Shown piece after piece: positions 15,180 through 23,569 of a DNA stretch of 32,000 bases; positions within the stretch are counted from its first letter, which is position 1, and every line of letters starts with the position of its first letter. The notes below the pieces were generated by a model that made no database searches, was not told the origin of the DNA, and was given only the letters and a program-made list of their open reading frames with translations. A program made the translations under genes and the position numbers. Source of the DNA: Delftia acidovorans NBRC 14950 (GTDB lineage Bacteria; Pseudomonadota; Gammaproteobacteria; Burkholderiales; Burkholderiaceae_C); assembly GCF_001598795.1 (NCBI RefSeq), contig NZ_BCZP01000030.1, positions 1 through 32,000 of the forward strand. The letters run 5' to 3'.

Positions 15180-16067
15180 ATGACCGACACCACCCCTTCC
15201 GGGAATGCCGAGAGCGCCGAGAGCGCGGACAACGGCGCCGACAAGTACATGGTGCCCGCGCTGGAGCGCGGCCTGCGCCTGCTGCAGGAGTTCGGGCGCG
15301 GCAATGCCACGCTGGGCGCGCCCGAGCTGGCCCGCCGCCTGCAGCTGCCGCGCGCCACGATTTTCCGCATGCTCAACACGCTGGAGGCCATGGGCTTTCT
15401 GCAGCGTGCCGAGGGCAGCAATGACTACCGGCTGGGCCTGTCCGTGCTGCGCCTGGGCTTCGAGTTCCTGTCGTCCATGGACCTGACCGAGCTGGGCCAG
15501 CCCGTGATCGCGCGGCTGTGCGGCGAGATCCGCTATCCCTGCAACATCGTGGTGCGCGATGGCCGTTCCATCGTCTACGTGGCCAAGGTCACGCCGCCCA
15601 CGCCGCTGACCAGTTCGGTGCGTGTGGGCACGCGCCTGCCCGCCCATGCCACGGCCCTGGGCCGCGTGCTGTTGGCCGACCTGTCCCTGCCCGAGCTGCG
15701 CGCGCTCTATCCCGAAGACCACCTGGAAGCGCACACGCCCAAGACGCCGCGCACGGTGCTGGACCTGTTCAACCTGGTCGAGGCCGACCGCGAGCGCGGC
15801 CATGTGTTCAGCGAGGGCTTCTACGAAAGCTCCATCTGCACCATCGCCGCCCCCGTGCGCGACCACAGCGGCCGCGTGGTGGCGGCGCTGGGCACGACGG
15901 TCCCCGCGCCCCATGTGGAGGAGGGCCGTGCCGAGACCCTGATCGCCGGCGTCTGCGACGCGGCGGCCGAGCTGTCCGAGCTGCTGAACTACCGCCCGCA
16001 AACGCAGACGCAGACGGCACAGCTGCTTTCCCTCAATTCCCGGCGCGCAGGAGGCGGCCATGTTTGA
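15180..16067 (+). CDS. IclR-family transcriptional regulator (paralog 2)
   Basis: 295 aa. VPALERGLRLLQEF...APELARRLQLPRATIFRMLNTLEAMGFLQR is the HTH and an effector domain follows. By eye it is about half identical to the IclR at 10577. Its stop overlaps the next gene by 8 nt. Confidence 0.85.
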   Translation: MTDTTPSGNAESAESADNGADKYMVPALERGLRLLQEFGRGNATLGAPELARRLQLPRATIFRMLNTLEAMGFLQRAEGSNDYRLGLSVLRLGFEFLSSMDLTELGQPVIARLCGEIRYPCNIVVRDGRSIVYVAKVTPPTPLTSSVRVGTRLPAHATALGRVLLADLSLPELRALYPEDHLEAHTPKTPRTVLDLFNLVEADRERGHVFSEGFYESSICTIAAPVRDHSGRVVAALGTTVPAPHVEEGRAETLIAGVCDAAAELSELLNYRPQTQTQTAQLLSLNSRRAGGGHV

Positions 16068-16857
16068 TTCCCAACTCAAGGACACCACGGCCGTCGTCAC
16101 CGGCGGCTCTTCGGGCATTGGCCTGGCCACGGTCGATCTGCTGCTGTCGCAGGGCGCGCGTGTCGCCCTGTGCGGGCGCAGCGCCGAACGCCTGGAGCAG
16201 GCCGTGCAGCAACTGCGCGGACGCCATCCCGAGGCCCGCCTGTTCGCCCAGGCCTGCGACGTGCTCGACGCCGCCCAGGTGCAGCAATTCGCGCGCGACA
16301 GCGAGGCTGCGCTGGGTCCGGCCTCCATCCTCGTGAACAACGCGGGCCAGGGCCGGGTCTCGACGTTTGCCAGCACCGACGATGCGGCCTGGACCGAGGA
16401 GCTGCACCTGAAGTTCTTCTCGGTGCTGCATCCCACGCGCGCCTTTTTGCCGCAGCTCGAGCGCATGGCTGAGCCGGCCATCGTCTGCGTCAATTCGCTG
16501 CTGGCCTCGCAGCCCGAGCCGCACATGGTGGCCACCTCGGCCGCGCGCGCCGGCCTCAAGAACCTGGTGCGCTCCATGGCCACCGAGTTCGCGCCCAAGG
16601 GCGTGCGCGTCAACGGCATCCTGGTCGGCCTGATCGAGTCCGGCCAGTGGCGCCGCCGCTTCGAGGCGCGCGAGGACCGCAGCCAGGACTGGAACGCCTG
16701 GAGCGCCGACCTCGCCCGCAAGAAGTCCATTCCGCTGGGCCGCCTGGGCTCGCCCGACGAGGCCGCACGCGCCATCTTCTATCTCGCCACGCCCCTGTCC
16801 TCCTACACGACCGGCAGCCACATCGACGTCTCCGGTGGCCTTGCACGGCAAGCGTAG
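16060..16857 (+). CDS. SDR-family protein, atypical (no catalytic Tyr or Lys)
   Basis: 265 aa. The RBS AGGAGG lies 5 nt upstream. VVTGGSSGIG and NNAG are present. At the expected S-x12-Y-x3-K position the sequence is NSLLASQPEPHMVATSAARAGLK, which reads T159/R163. Confidence 0.8.
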   Translation: MFDSQLKDTTAVVTGGSSGIGLATVDLLLSQGARVALCGRSAERLEQAVQQLRGRHPEARLFAQACDVLDAAQVQQFARDSEAALGPASILVNNAGQGRVSTFASTDDAAWTEELHLKFFSVLHPTRAFLPQLERMAEPAIVCVNSLLASQPEPHMVATSAARAGLKNLVRSMATEFAPKGVRVNGILVGLIESGQWRRRFEAREDRSQDWNAWSADLARKKSIPLGRLGSPDEAARAIFYLATPLSSYTTGSHIDVSGGLARQA

Positions 16858-16891
16858 TGCTCCAGCCCCTTCACCCGATTCAAAGCAGAAC

Positions 16892-18598
16892 ATGACTTCT
16901 TCCGCATCCAAAATCACCGTCGGCGCCGTTGTGGCCCAGTTCCTCGAACACTGCGGCGTGCAGGCCGCGTTCGGGGTGATCTCCATCCACAACATGCCCA
17001 TCCTGGACGCGATGAATGCGCGCGGCCATGTCCGCTTCGTGATGGCGCGCGGCGAGGCCGGGGCCGGCAATATGGCCGATGCCTGCGCGCGTTCCACCTC
17101 CAGCCTGGGCGTGTGCATCACCAGCACCGGCCCGGCCGCCGGCAACATCGCCGGCAGCCTGGTGGAGGCCTATACGGCCGGCACGCCGCTGCTGCACATC
17201 ACGGGCCAGATCGAGACGCAGTACCTGGACCAGAAGCTGTCGTACATCCACGAGGCGCCTGACCAGCTGACCATGCTGGGCGCCGTGTCCAAGGCGGCGT
17301 TCCGCGTGCGCAGCGCCGAGACCTGCCTGTCCACCCTGAAGGCTGCCGTGCAGACCGCCATGACCGCGCCCACGGGGCCGGTGAGCGTGGAGATTCCCAT
17401 CGACATCCAGCAGACCGTGATCGACATGCCGGCCGACCTGTCGCCGCTGCCGGTGGCCGTGCTGGCCCCCAGCGAGGCATCGCTGGATGCGCTGGCCGAC
17501 ACGCTGGCCAAGGCACGCCGCCCGCTGCTGTGGCTGGGTGGCGGCGCACGCCACGCAGTCGCTGCCGTGCAGCGCCTGAAGGCGCTGGGCTTCGGCATCG
17601 TCAGCACGGGCCAGGGCCGCGGCATCGTGGCCGAGGACGATCCGGCCTCGCTGGGCGCCTACAACATCCAAAAGCCCGTGGAGGCCTTCTACCAGCGCTG
17701 CGACGCCATGCTGGCCGTGGGCACGCGCCTGCGCAGCAATGAGACGCTGAAGTACGAACTGAAGCTGCCGCGCCCGCTGCTGCGCATCGATGTGGACGCC
17801 GCCCAGCAGGGCCGCTGCTACGCCGATGACGGCTTTGTCTGCGGCGACTCGGCCTTGGCGCTGACAGGCCTGGCCGACCGGCTGGAGGCGCGCGGCTACA
17901 AGGCCGACCCCGAGCTGCTGGCCGACCTGCGCCAGGTGCACGACGAGGCCGTGGCCACCATGCGCGACGGCCTGGGCCCGTACAGCGTGCTGGTGCAGGA
18001 GCTGCAAAAGGCCGTGGGCCGCAACTTCAACTGGGTGCGTGACGTGACCGTCTCCAACAGCACCTGGGGCAACCGCGAGCTGCGCTTTTTCGAGCCCAAC
18101 GCGGGCGTGCACGCCACGGGCGGCGGCATCGGCATGGGCATGCCCATGGCCATCGGCGCGGCCGTGGGCGCGGCGGTCAGCGGCTCGGGCCGCAAGACGC
18201 TGGGCCTGGCGGGCGATGGCGGCTTCATCCTGAACCTGGGCGAGCTGGCCACGCTGGTGCAGGAAGAGTGCGACACCCTGATCGTGCTGATGAACGACCA
18301 GCGCTATGGCGTGATCCAGAACATCCAGGACGCCTCCTACGGCGGCCGCCGCTGCTATGTGGAGCTGCACACGCCCGACTACGCGCAGCTGTGCGCCTCC
18401 ATCCAGCTGCCCCATGCCCGCGTGCAAGACCTCAAGGAGCTGCCGGCGGTGCTGCAGTCGGCCTGGACGAAGAAGGGCCCCTTCCTGCTGGAGATCGACA
18501 TGCGCGCCATCGGCAATTTCAAGGCCACGTTCTCGGGCCCGCCCGTGAACAAGCTGGACCAGATTCCGGCCACCACCACGGCCACCAAGGCCGCCTGA
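16892..18598 (+). CDS. Thiamine-diphosphate-dependent enzyme (acetolactate synthase-like fold)
   Basis: The ATG at 16892 gives 568 aa. The N-terminal PYR domain reads ...VGAVVAQFLEHCGVQAAFGV...GEAGAGNMADACAR... The ThDP motif is GDGGFILNLGELATLVQEECDTLIVLMNDQRYG. Confidence 0.85.
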   Translation: MTSSASKITVGAVVAQFLEHCGVQAAFGVISIHNMPILDAMNARGHVRFVMARGEAGAGNMADACARSTSSLGVCITSTGPAAGNIAGSLVEAYTAGTPLLHITGQIETQYLDQKLSYIHEAPDQLTMLGAVSKAAFRVRSAETCLSTLKAAVQTAMTAPTGPVSVEIPIDIQQTVIDMPADLSPLPVAVLAPSEASLDALADTLAKARRPLLWLGGGARHAVAAVQRLKALGFGIVSTGQGRGIVAEDDPASLGAYNIQKPVEAFYQRCDAMLAVGTRLRSNETLKYELKLPRPLLRIDVDAAQQGRCYADDGFVCGDSALALTGLADRLEARGYKADPELLADLRQVHDEAVATMRDGLGPYSVLVQELQKAVGRNFNWVRDVTVSNSTWGNRELRFFEPNAGVHATGGGIGMGMPMAIGAAVGAAVSGSGRKTLGLAGDGGFILNLGELATLVQEECDTLIVLMNDQRYGVIQNIQDASYGGRRCYVELHTPDYAQLCASIQLPHARVQDLKELPAVLQSAWTKKGPFLLEIDMRAIGNFKATFSGPPVNKLDQIPATTTATKAA

Positions 18599-18633
18599 GG
18601 CGGCTGGATTCGAACGAACGAGAGAGGCTCACC

Positions 18634-20109
18634 ATGTCGAACCTGGAACTGCTCCCCATCAATATCGCCGGCGAATGGCGCCTGGGCGGCGGTGGCGAAT
18701 CCACCACGCTCTATCCCGCCACCGGCGAAGTGGTGGGCCGCCTGCGCGCGCCCAGCCTGGAGGATGTGGAGGAGGCCATCCAGAAGGCCGACCACGCCTT
18801 CCGCACCAGCGGCTGGGCCCAGAAAAAGCCCCATGAGCGCGCGGCCGTGCTGCACCGCGTGGCCCAGCTGATCCGCGAGCGCGCCGAGCCCCTGGCCCAG
18901 CTGCAGCGCCTGGACAACGGCAAGCCCATCAAGGAAACACGCATGCTGGTGGCCAGCGCCGCCGCCACCTTCCAGTTCTTTGCAGCGGCCTGCGAGACCA
19001 TGGAGGAAACCATCACGCCCTCGCGCGGCGACTTCATGACCATGAGCGTGTACGAGCCCATGGGCGTGGTGGCGGCCATCACGCCGTGGAACTCGCCGAT
19101 CGCCAGCGAGGCGCAAAAGCTCGCTCCGGCGCTGGCCGCCGGCAACGCCGTGGTCGTCAAGCCCGCCGAGGCCACGCCGCTGCTGGCGCTGGAGCTGGCC
19201 AGGATCTGCGAAGAGGCCGGCGTGCCCAAGGGCCTGGTCAGCGTGCTGCCGGGCCGTGGCTCGGTGATTGGCGATGCCATCACCAAGCATCCGCTGGTCA
19301 AGCGCGTGTCGTTCACGGGCGGCACGTCCACGGGCAAGCACATCGCCCACATCGCGGCCGACAAGATGATGCCGGTCTCGCTGGAGCTGGGCGGCAAGTC
19401 GGCCACCATGGTGCTGGCCGATGCCGACATCGACCATGCCGTCAACGGCGTGCTCTACGGCATCTTCAGCTCCTCGGGCGAGTCGTGCATCGCGGGCTCG
19501 CGCCTGTTCGTGGCGCGCAGCCTGCATGCCGAATTCATGCAGCGCCTCACGGCCAAGGCCGCCGCGCTGCAGGTGGGCGACCCGGCCGACGAGCGCACGC
19601 AGATGGGGCCGCTGATCACCGCCAAGCACCGCGAATCCATAGAGAGCTATGTGGCCCTGGGCCTGTCCGAGGGCGGCCGGCTGCTCACGGGCGGCCAGCG
19701 GCCCGAGGGCGCGCAGTTCGAGCGTGGCTACTACTACCGCCCGACCATCATCGACGGCGTGAAGAACGACTGGCAGATCTGCCAGCAGGAAATCTTCGGC
19801 CCCGTGCTCGTGGCCATGCCCTTCGACAACGAGGACGACCTGCTTGCCCAGGCCAACGACAGCGTCTACGCGCTGGCCGCCGGCATCTGGACGCGCGACT
19901 ACAAGAGCGCCTGGCGCATTGGCCGCGCCGTGCAGGCCGGCACGGTCTGGATCAACACCTACAAGCAGTTCTCCATCTCCACGCCCTTCGGCGGCTGGCG
20001 CGACAGCGGCCTGGGCCGCGAGAAGGGACGGCTGGGCATACAGCAGTACATGGAGCAAAAGAGCATGTACTGGGGCTTGAACGAGAGCCCCATCGCTTGG
20101 GCAAATTGA
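18634..20109 (+). CDS. NAD(P)-dependent aldehyde dehydrogenase
   Basis: The ATG at 18634 gives 491 aa. Motifs are ITPWNSPI, LELGGKS (the Glu motif), GESCIAGSR (catalytic Cys) and EEIFGPV. Confidence 0.9.
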   Translation: MSNLELLPINIAGEWRLGGGGESTTLYPATGEVVGRLRAPSLEDVEEAIQKADHAFRTSGWAQKKPHERAAVLHRVAQLIRERAEPLAQLQRLDNGKPIKETRMLVASAAATFQFFAAACETMEETITPSRGDFMTMSVYEPMGVVAAITPWNSPIASEAQKLAPALAAGNAVVVKPAEATPLLALELARICEEAGVPKGLVSVLPGRGSVIGDAITKHPLVKRVSFTGGTSTGKHIAHIAADKMMPVSLELGGKSATMVLADADIDHAVNGVLYGIFSSSGESCIAGSRLFVARSLHAEFMQRLTAKAAALQVGDPADERTQMGPLITAKHRESIESYVALGLSEGGRLLTGGQRPEGAQFERGYYYRPTIIDGVKNDWQICQQEIFGPVLVAMPFDNEDDLLAQANDSVYALAAGIWTRDYKSAWRIGRAVQAGTVWINTYKQFSISTPFGGWRDSGLGREKGRLGIQQYMEQKSMYWGLNESPIAWAN

Positions 20110-20120
20110 AGGAGCACGAC

Positions 20121-21083
20121 ATGAGCGTACTGGGCATAGACGAAATCACCTACGGCGCGGACGACCTGGCCACCTGCCGCCGCTTTTTCCTGGACTGGGG
20201 CCTGGCGCTGGTCCAGGAAGCGGACGACAGGCTGGTGTTCGAGACCCTCAACGGCTGCCGCGTGATCGTGGCCGCCGTGGACCATCCCGATCTGCCGCCC
20301 GCCATCGAGGCCGGCCCCACGCTGCGCGAAGTGGTCTGGGGTGTGGAAAGCGAGGCGGACCTTGCGCTGTACGCCGGTCGCATCGCCGCGCTGCCGGGCT
20401 TCACACAGGGCCAGGGGCGCATAGGCTGCACCGACCCCAACGGCCTGTCCGTGCGCCTGCAGGTCACGCAAAAGCGTGATGTGGATGTGCAAGGCGCCGC
20501 CTACAACACCTGGAACCGCAAGGACCGCGTCAACCAGGCCAGCCCCGCCTACGAACGCGCCCAGCCCATCGAGGTCGGCCATGTGGTGTTCTTCGTCAAG
20601 GACGTGCAGGCCTGCGAGCGCTTCTACGTGGACAACTTCGGCTTCGCGGCCTCGGACCGCTACCCCGAGCGCGGCGCCTTCCTGCGCTGCGCACCCGACG
20701 GCGGCCACCACGACATCTTCCTGCTGCAGCGCCCGGCCAAGGACGCGGGCCTGAACCACGTGGCCTTCACGGTGCGCGACATCCACGAGGTCTTCGGCGG
20801 CGGCATGCACATCTCGCGCTGCGGCTGGGATACCCAGCTGGGTCCGGGCCGCCATCCCGTGTCCTCGGCCTATTTCTGGTACTTCCGCAATCCGGCCGGC
20901 GCTCTGGTCGAGTACTACGCCGATGAGGACCAGCTCACCGCCGACTGGCAGCCGCGCGAGTTCGAGCCCGGCCCCACGGTGTTTGCCGAATGGGCCATCG
21001 ATGGCGGCATCGACGGCAACACCCGGCGCCAAAAGGGCGTGGGTACCAGCGACGGGAAATTCATCACCGACAAGCGGCATTGA
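20121..21083 (+). CDS. Two-domain VOC-family protein (type I extradiol dioxygenase-like)
   Basis: The ATG at 20121 follows AAGGAG and gives 320 aa. The C-terminal domain carries a plausible His/His/Glu triad: EVGHVVFFV, LNHVAFTV and LVEYYAD. Confidence 0.8.
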   Translation: MSVLGIDEITYGADDLATCRRFFLDWGLALVQEADDRLVFETLNGCRVIVAAVDHPDLPPAIEAGPTLREVVWGVESEADLALYAGRIAALPGFTQGQGRIGCTDPNGLSVRLQVTQKRDVDVQGAAYNTWNRKDRVNQASPAYERAQPIEVGHVVFFVKDVQACERFYVDNFGFAASDRYPERGAFLRCAPDGGHHDIFLLQRPAKDAGLNHVAFTVRDIHEVFGGGMHISRCGWDTQLGPGRHPVSSAYFWYFRNPAGALVEYYADEDQLTADWQPREFEPGPTVFAEWAIDGGIDGNTRRQKGVGTSDGKFITDKRH

Positions 21084-21135
21084 GACCGCGCCTGACGGCC
21101 TACCCCCACAACCCAACCACCCCACGGCCCCCACC

Positions 21136-22113
21136 ATGAACAAGACACGTCGCCAGGTTTCTCTTGCCGCTGCATTCCTGGCTGCAGCCACGCTGTCCGG
21201 CACCGCGATGGCCCAGGCCTATCCGGCCAAGCCCATCACCATCATCGTGGCCTATCCGGCCGGTGGCGACACCGATGCCATGGCGCGCCTGTATGCCGAG
21301 AAGCTGTCCACGCGCCTGGGCCAGCCCGTGCTGGTGGACAACCGCCCCGGCGCCAGCGGCACCATCGGCAGCGTGCATGTGGCCAAGGCCGCGCCGGACG
21401 GCTACACCCTGCTGCTGGCGCCCAATACCTTCGCCATCGCGCAGTTCGTGCTCAAGACGGCCTCGGGCTCCAGCTACGACGTGCTGCACGGCTTCACGCC
21501 CATCGTGCAGACCAGCGTGCAGCCCATGTTCGTGGCCACCAACCAGGCCTCGGGCATCAAGGACATGAAGACCCTGATCGCCCAGGGCAAGCGCGACGGC
21601 CTGACCTACGCCAGCCCCGGCAGCGGCTCGCCCATGCACATCCTGGGTGAGATGTTCAACCGCGCCGCCGGCACGCGCATCGCCCACATCCCCTACAAGG
21701 GCGTGGCACCCGCCGTCAACGACCTGATCGGCGGCCATGTGCCCACGACCTTCATGACCTGGGGCCCGATCGCGCCCTACGTCGGCGGCAAGGTCACCGC
21801 CCTGGCCGTGGCCGACAGCCAGCGCAGCGCGCTGGCCCCCAATGTGCCCACCCTGGCCGAGCTGGGCGTCAAGGACGTGGAAGTGTCCGCATGGCAGGGC
21901 CTGTTCGGCCCCAAGGGCATGTCGCCCGAGACCGTGAAGCTGCTGAACACGCACCTCAACGAGATCCTGAAGATGCCCGACGTGGTCTCCAAGATGGCCA
22001 CCTTCGGCGCGCTGCCCGCAGGCGGCGAGCCCGCGCGCCTGGAAAAGACGAATGCCGCCGATTTCAATCGCTTCGGCAAGCTCATCAAAGACCTGGATAT
22101 CCGCGCTGACTAA
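21136..22113 (+). CDS. Bug-family (TctC-like) periplasmic substrate-binding protein
   Basis: The ATG at 21136 gives 325 aa. The signal peptide is MNKTRRQVSLAAAFLAAATLSGTAMA|QAYPAKPITIIVAYPAGGDTDAMARL...DNRPGASG, a typical Bug N-terminus. No TctA or TctB genes are adjacent. Confidence 0.85.
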   Translation: MNKTRRQVSLAAAFLAAATLSGTAMAQAYPAKPITIIVAYPAGGDTDAMARLYAEKLSTRLGQPVLVDNRPGASGTIGSVHVAKAAPDGYTLLLAPNTFAIAQFVLKTASGSSYDVLHGFTPIVQTSVQPMFVATNQASGIKDMKTLIAQGKRDGLTYASPGSGSPMHILGEMFNRAAGTRIAHIPYKGVAPAVNDLIGGHVPTTFMTWGPIAPYVGGKVTALAVADSQRSALAPNVPTLAELGVKDVEVSAWQGLFGPKGMSPETVKLLNTHLNEILKMPDVVSKMATFGALPAGGEPARLEKTNAADFNRFGKLIKDLDIRAD

Positions 22114-22297
22114 ATGACCTACCCCCTGAGTCGCTTCGCGCCTTCCCCCAAGGGGGACGACACCCTCGGTGCGGGGCGGCCCTTCCTCGGTGTCCCTGAG
22201 GTCGGGCTGCGCCGGTTTCGCGCGATACGGGTGGCGGGCGACGCTCCGGGCAATGAAGCCGAACCACGATTCAAGACAGTTTTCGAAGGAGAGAACC

Positions 22298-22519
22298 ATG
22301 GCCGCTGATCGCTATCTCGAGCCGCACCAGGCGCGCGAACGTGCCCCCACCCTGATGGAAGACCTGCTGGGCGATTCCATCGAACGCGCCTTCGGCGAAG
22401 GCGTGCAGACCCTGCCCGAACTGGTGGCCTATCTCAACCGCAGCGGCCCCGCCGGCGAAAACGGGCAGGCCTGGACCGAAGACAGCTTCCAGGCGCTGAT
22501 GGCGCGGCTGGGCTATTGA
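22298..22519 (+). CDS. Small (73 aa) recombinase-like helix-turn-helix domain protein
   Basis: The ATG at 22298 follows AAGGAGAG. The product is MAADRYLEPHQARERAPTLMEDLLGDSIERAFGEGVQTLPELVAYLNRSGPAGENGQAWTEDSFQALMARLGY. The LN..G....G..WT....+..++ pattern resembles the serine-recombinase 'recombinase' domain. It ends 24 nt before the Rieske gene. Confidence 0.55.
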   Translation: MAADRYLEPHQARERAPTLMEDLLGDSIERAFGEGVQTLPELVAYLNRSGPAGENGQAWTEDSFQALMARLGY

Positions 22520-22543
22520 TACCGAGCAGGACTGGAGAGCCCC

Positions 22544-23569
22544 ATGAACGTACAAACCATCACCATCGATCCGGTGGACGGCCTGCTCAACAAAGGCCTG
22601 AAGAACCTCTGGTACGCGGTCTGCCCCTCGGACTTCGTGAAGACCCAGCCCGTGTCGGTGCGCCGCTTCGGCCGCAAGATCGCGCTGTGGCGCGATGCCG
22701 CCGGCCAAGTCCACGCGCTGGAAGACCATTGCCCGCACCGCGGTGCGCCGCTGTCGCAGGGCGTGATCCTGGGCGACCGCCTGGCTTGCCCCTACCACGG
22801 CGTGGAAGTGCGCGGCGACGGCACGGTGACCAAGGTGCCCGGCAGCCCCGGCTGCAAGCTCGAAGGCTCGCGCGCGGCGCTGGCCTTCCATGCGCGCGAG
22901 GCCCATGGCGCCATCTTTCTCTACAACAGCGACAAGGCCGTTGACGAGGCGCCCGAGTTCACGCTGCCCGAGGAGCTGACCTCGCCCGAGTACTCCAACT
23001 TCCTGTGCTATGCCGAGTGGCGCAGCGACTACCGCTATGCGCTGGACAACGTCATGGACCCCATGCACGGCACCTTCCTGCACAAGCAGTCGCACTCCAT
23101 GGCCGAGGGCGACAGCAAGGCCACGTTCCAGGTGCGCGAGACCGATGACGGCTTCGTCTTCGAGAAGGTGGGCCAGCGCGGCGTGAACTTCGACTGGACC
23201 GAGTGGGGCAGCACGGGCGTGCACTGGATGCGCCTGGAGATTCCGTACCCCAAGACCGGCGGCCCCGGCGGCAACTTCGCCATCGTGGCCTGCGTCACGC
23301 CCATCAGCGCCGACCTGTGCTCCGTGTTCTTCTGGCGCTGCCGCAAGGTGCAGGGCTGGATGCGCGACACCTGGCGCTTCCTGTACCGCAACCGCCTGGA
23401 GGCGCGCCACTGGGCCGTGCTGGAGCAGGACCGGATCATGATGGAGCAGATGGAGCTGGACGCCAACGAGCGCGAGAACCTCTACCAGCACGACATCGGC
23501 CTGGTGCGCCTGCGCCGCCACCTGCGCCGCCTGGCCCAGGAGCAGATCGACGAAGGCGCCGCATCATGA
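22544..23569 (+). CDS. Rieske [2Fe-2S] non-heme-iron oxygenase, VanA/phthalate-family (class IA oxygenase component)
   Basis: 341 aa. The Rieske motif is C63-P-H65-x16-C82-P-Y-H85-G-V-E-V, which resembles VanA-type CPYHGLEF. The mononuclear iron motif is DNVMDPMHGTFLH. There is no beta-subunit gene. Confidence 0.9.
   Translation: MNVQTITIDPVDGLLNKGLKNLWYAVCPSDFVKTQPVSVRRFGRKIALWRDAAGQVHALEDHCPHRGAPLSQGVILGDRLACPYHGVEVRGDGTVTKVPGSPGCKLEGSRAALAFHAREAHGAIFLYNSDKAVDEAPEFTLPEELTSPEYSNFLCYAEWRSDYRYALDNVMDPMHGTFLHKQSHSMAEGDSKATFQVRETDDGFVFEKVGQRGVNFDWTEWGSTGVHWMRLEIPYPKTGGPGGNFAIVACVTPISADLCSVFFWRCRKVQGWMRDTWRFLYRNRLEARHWAVLEQDRIMMEQMELDANERENLYQHDIGLVRLRRHLRRLAQEQIDEGAAS

Noticed and set aside
21136-22113. 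The Bug-family binding protein without adjacent TctA/TctB as a novelty
   Set aside because: Orphan Bug genes are well known to be massively expanded in Bordetella and Comamonadaceae-type genomes. This is not unusual in itself.
22730-22813. The Rieske motif ending CPYHGVEV (no Trp after HG) as an anomaly
   Set aside because: VanA/phthalate-family class IA oxygenases typically read CPYHGLEF at this position. The Val/Glu is a family trait, not an oddity, so I used it as supporting evidence.
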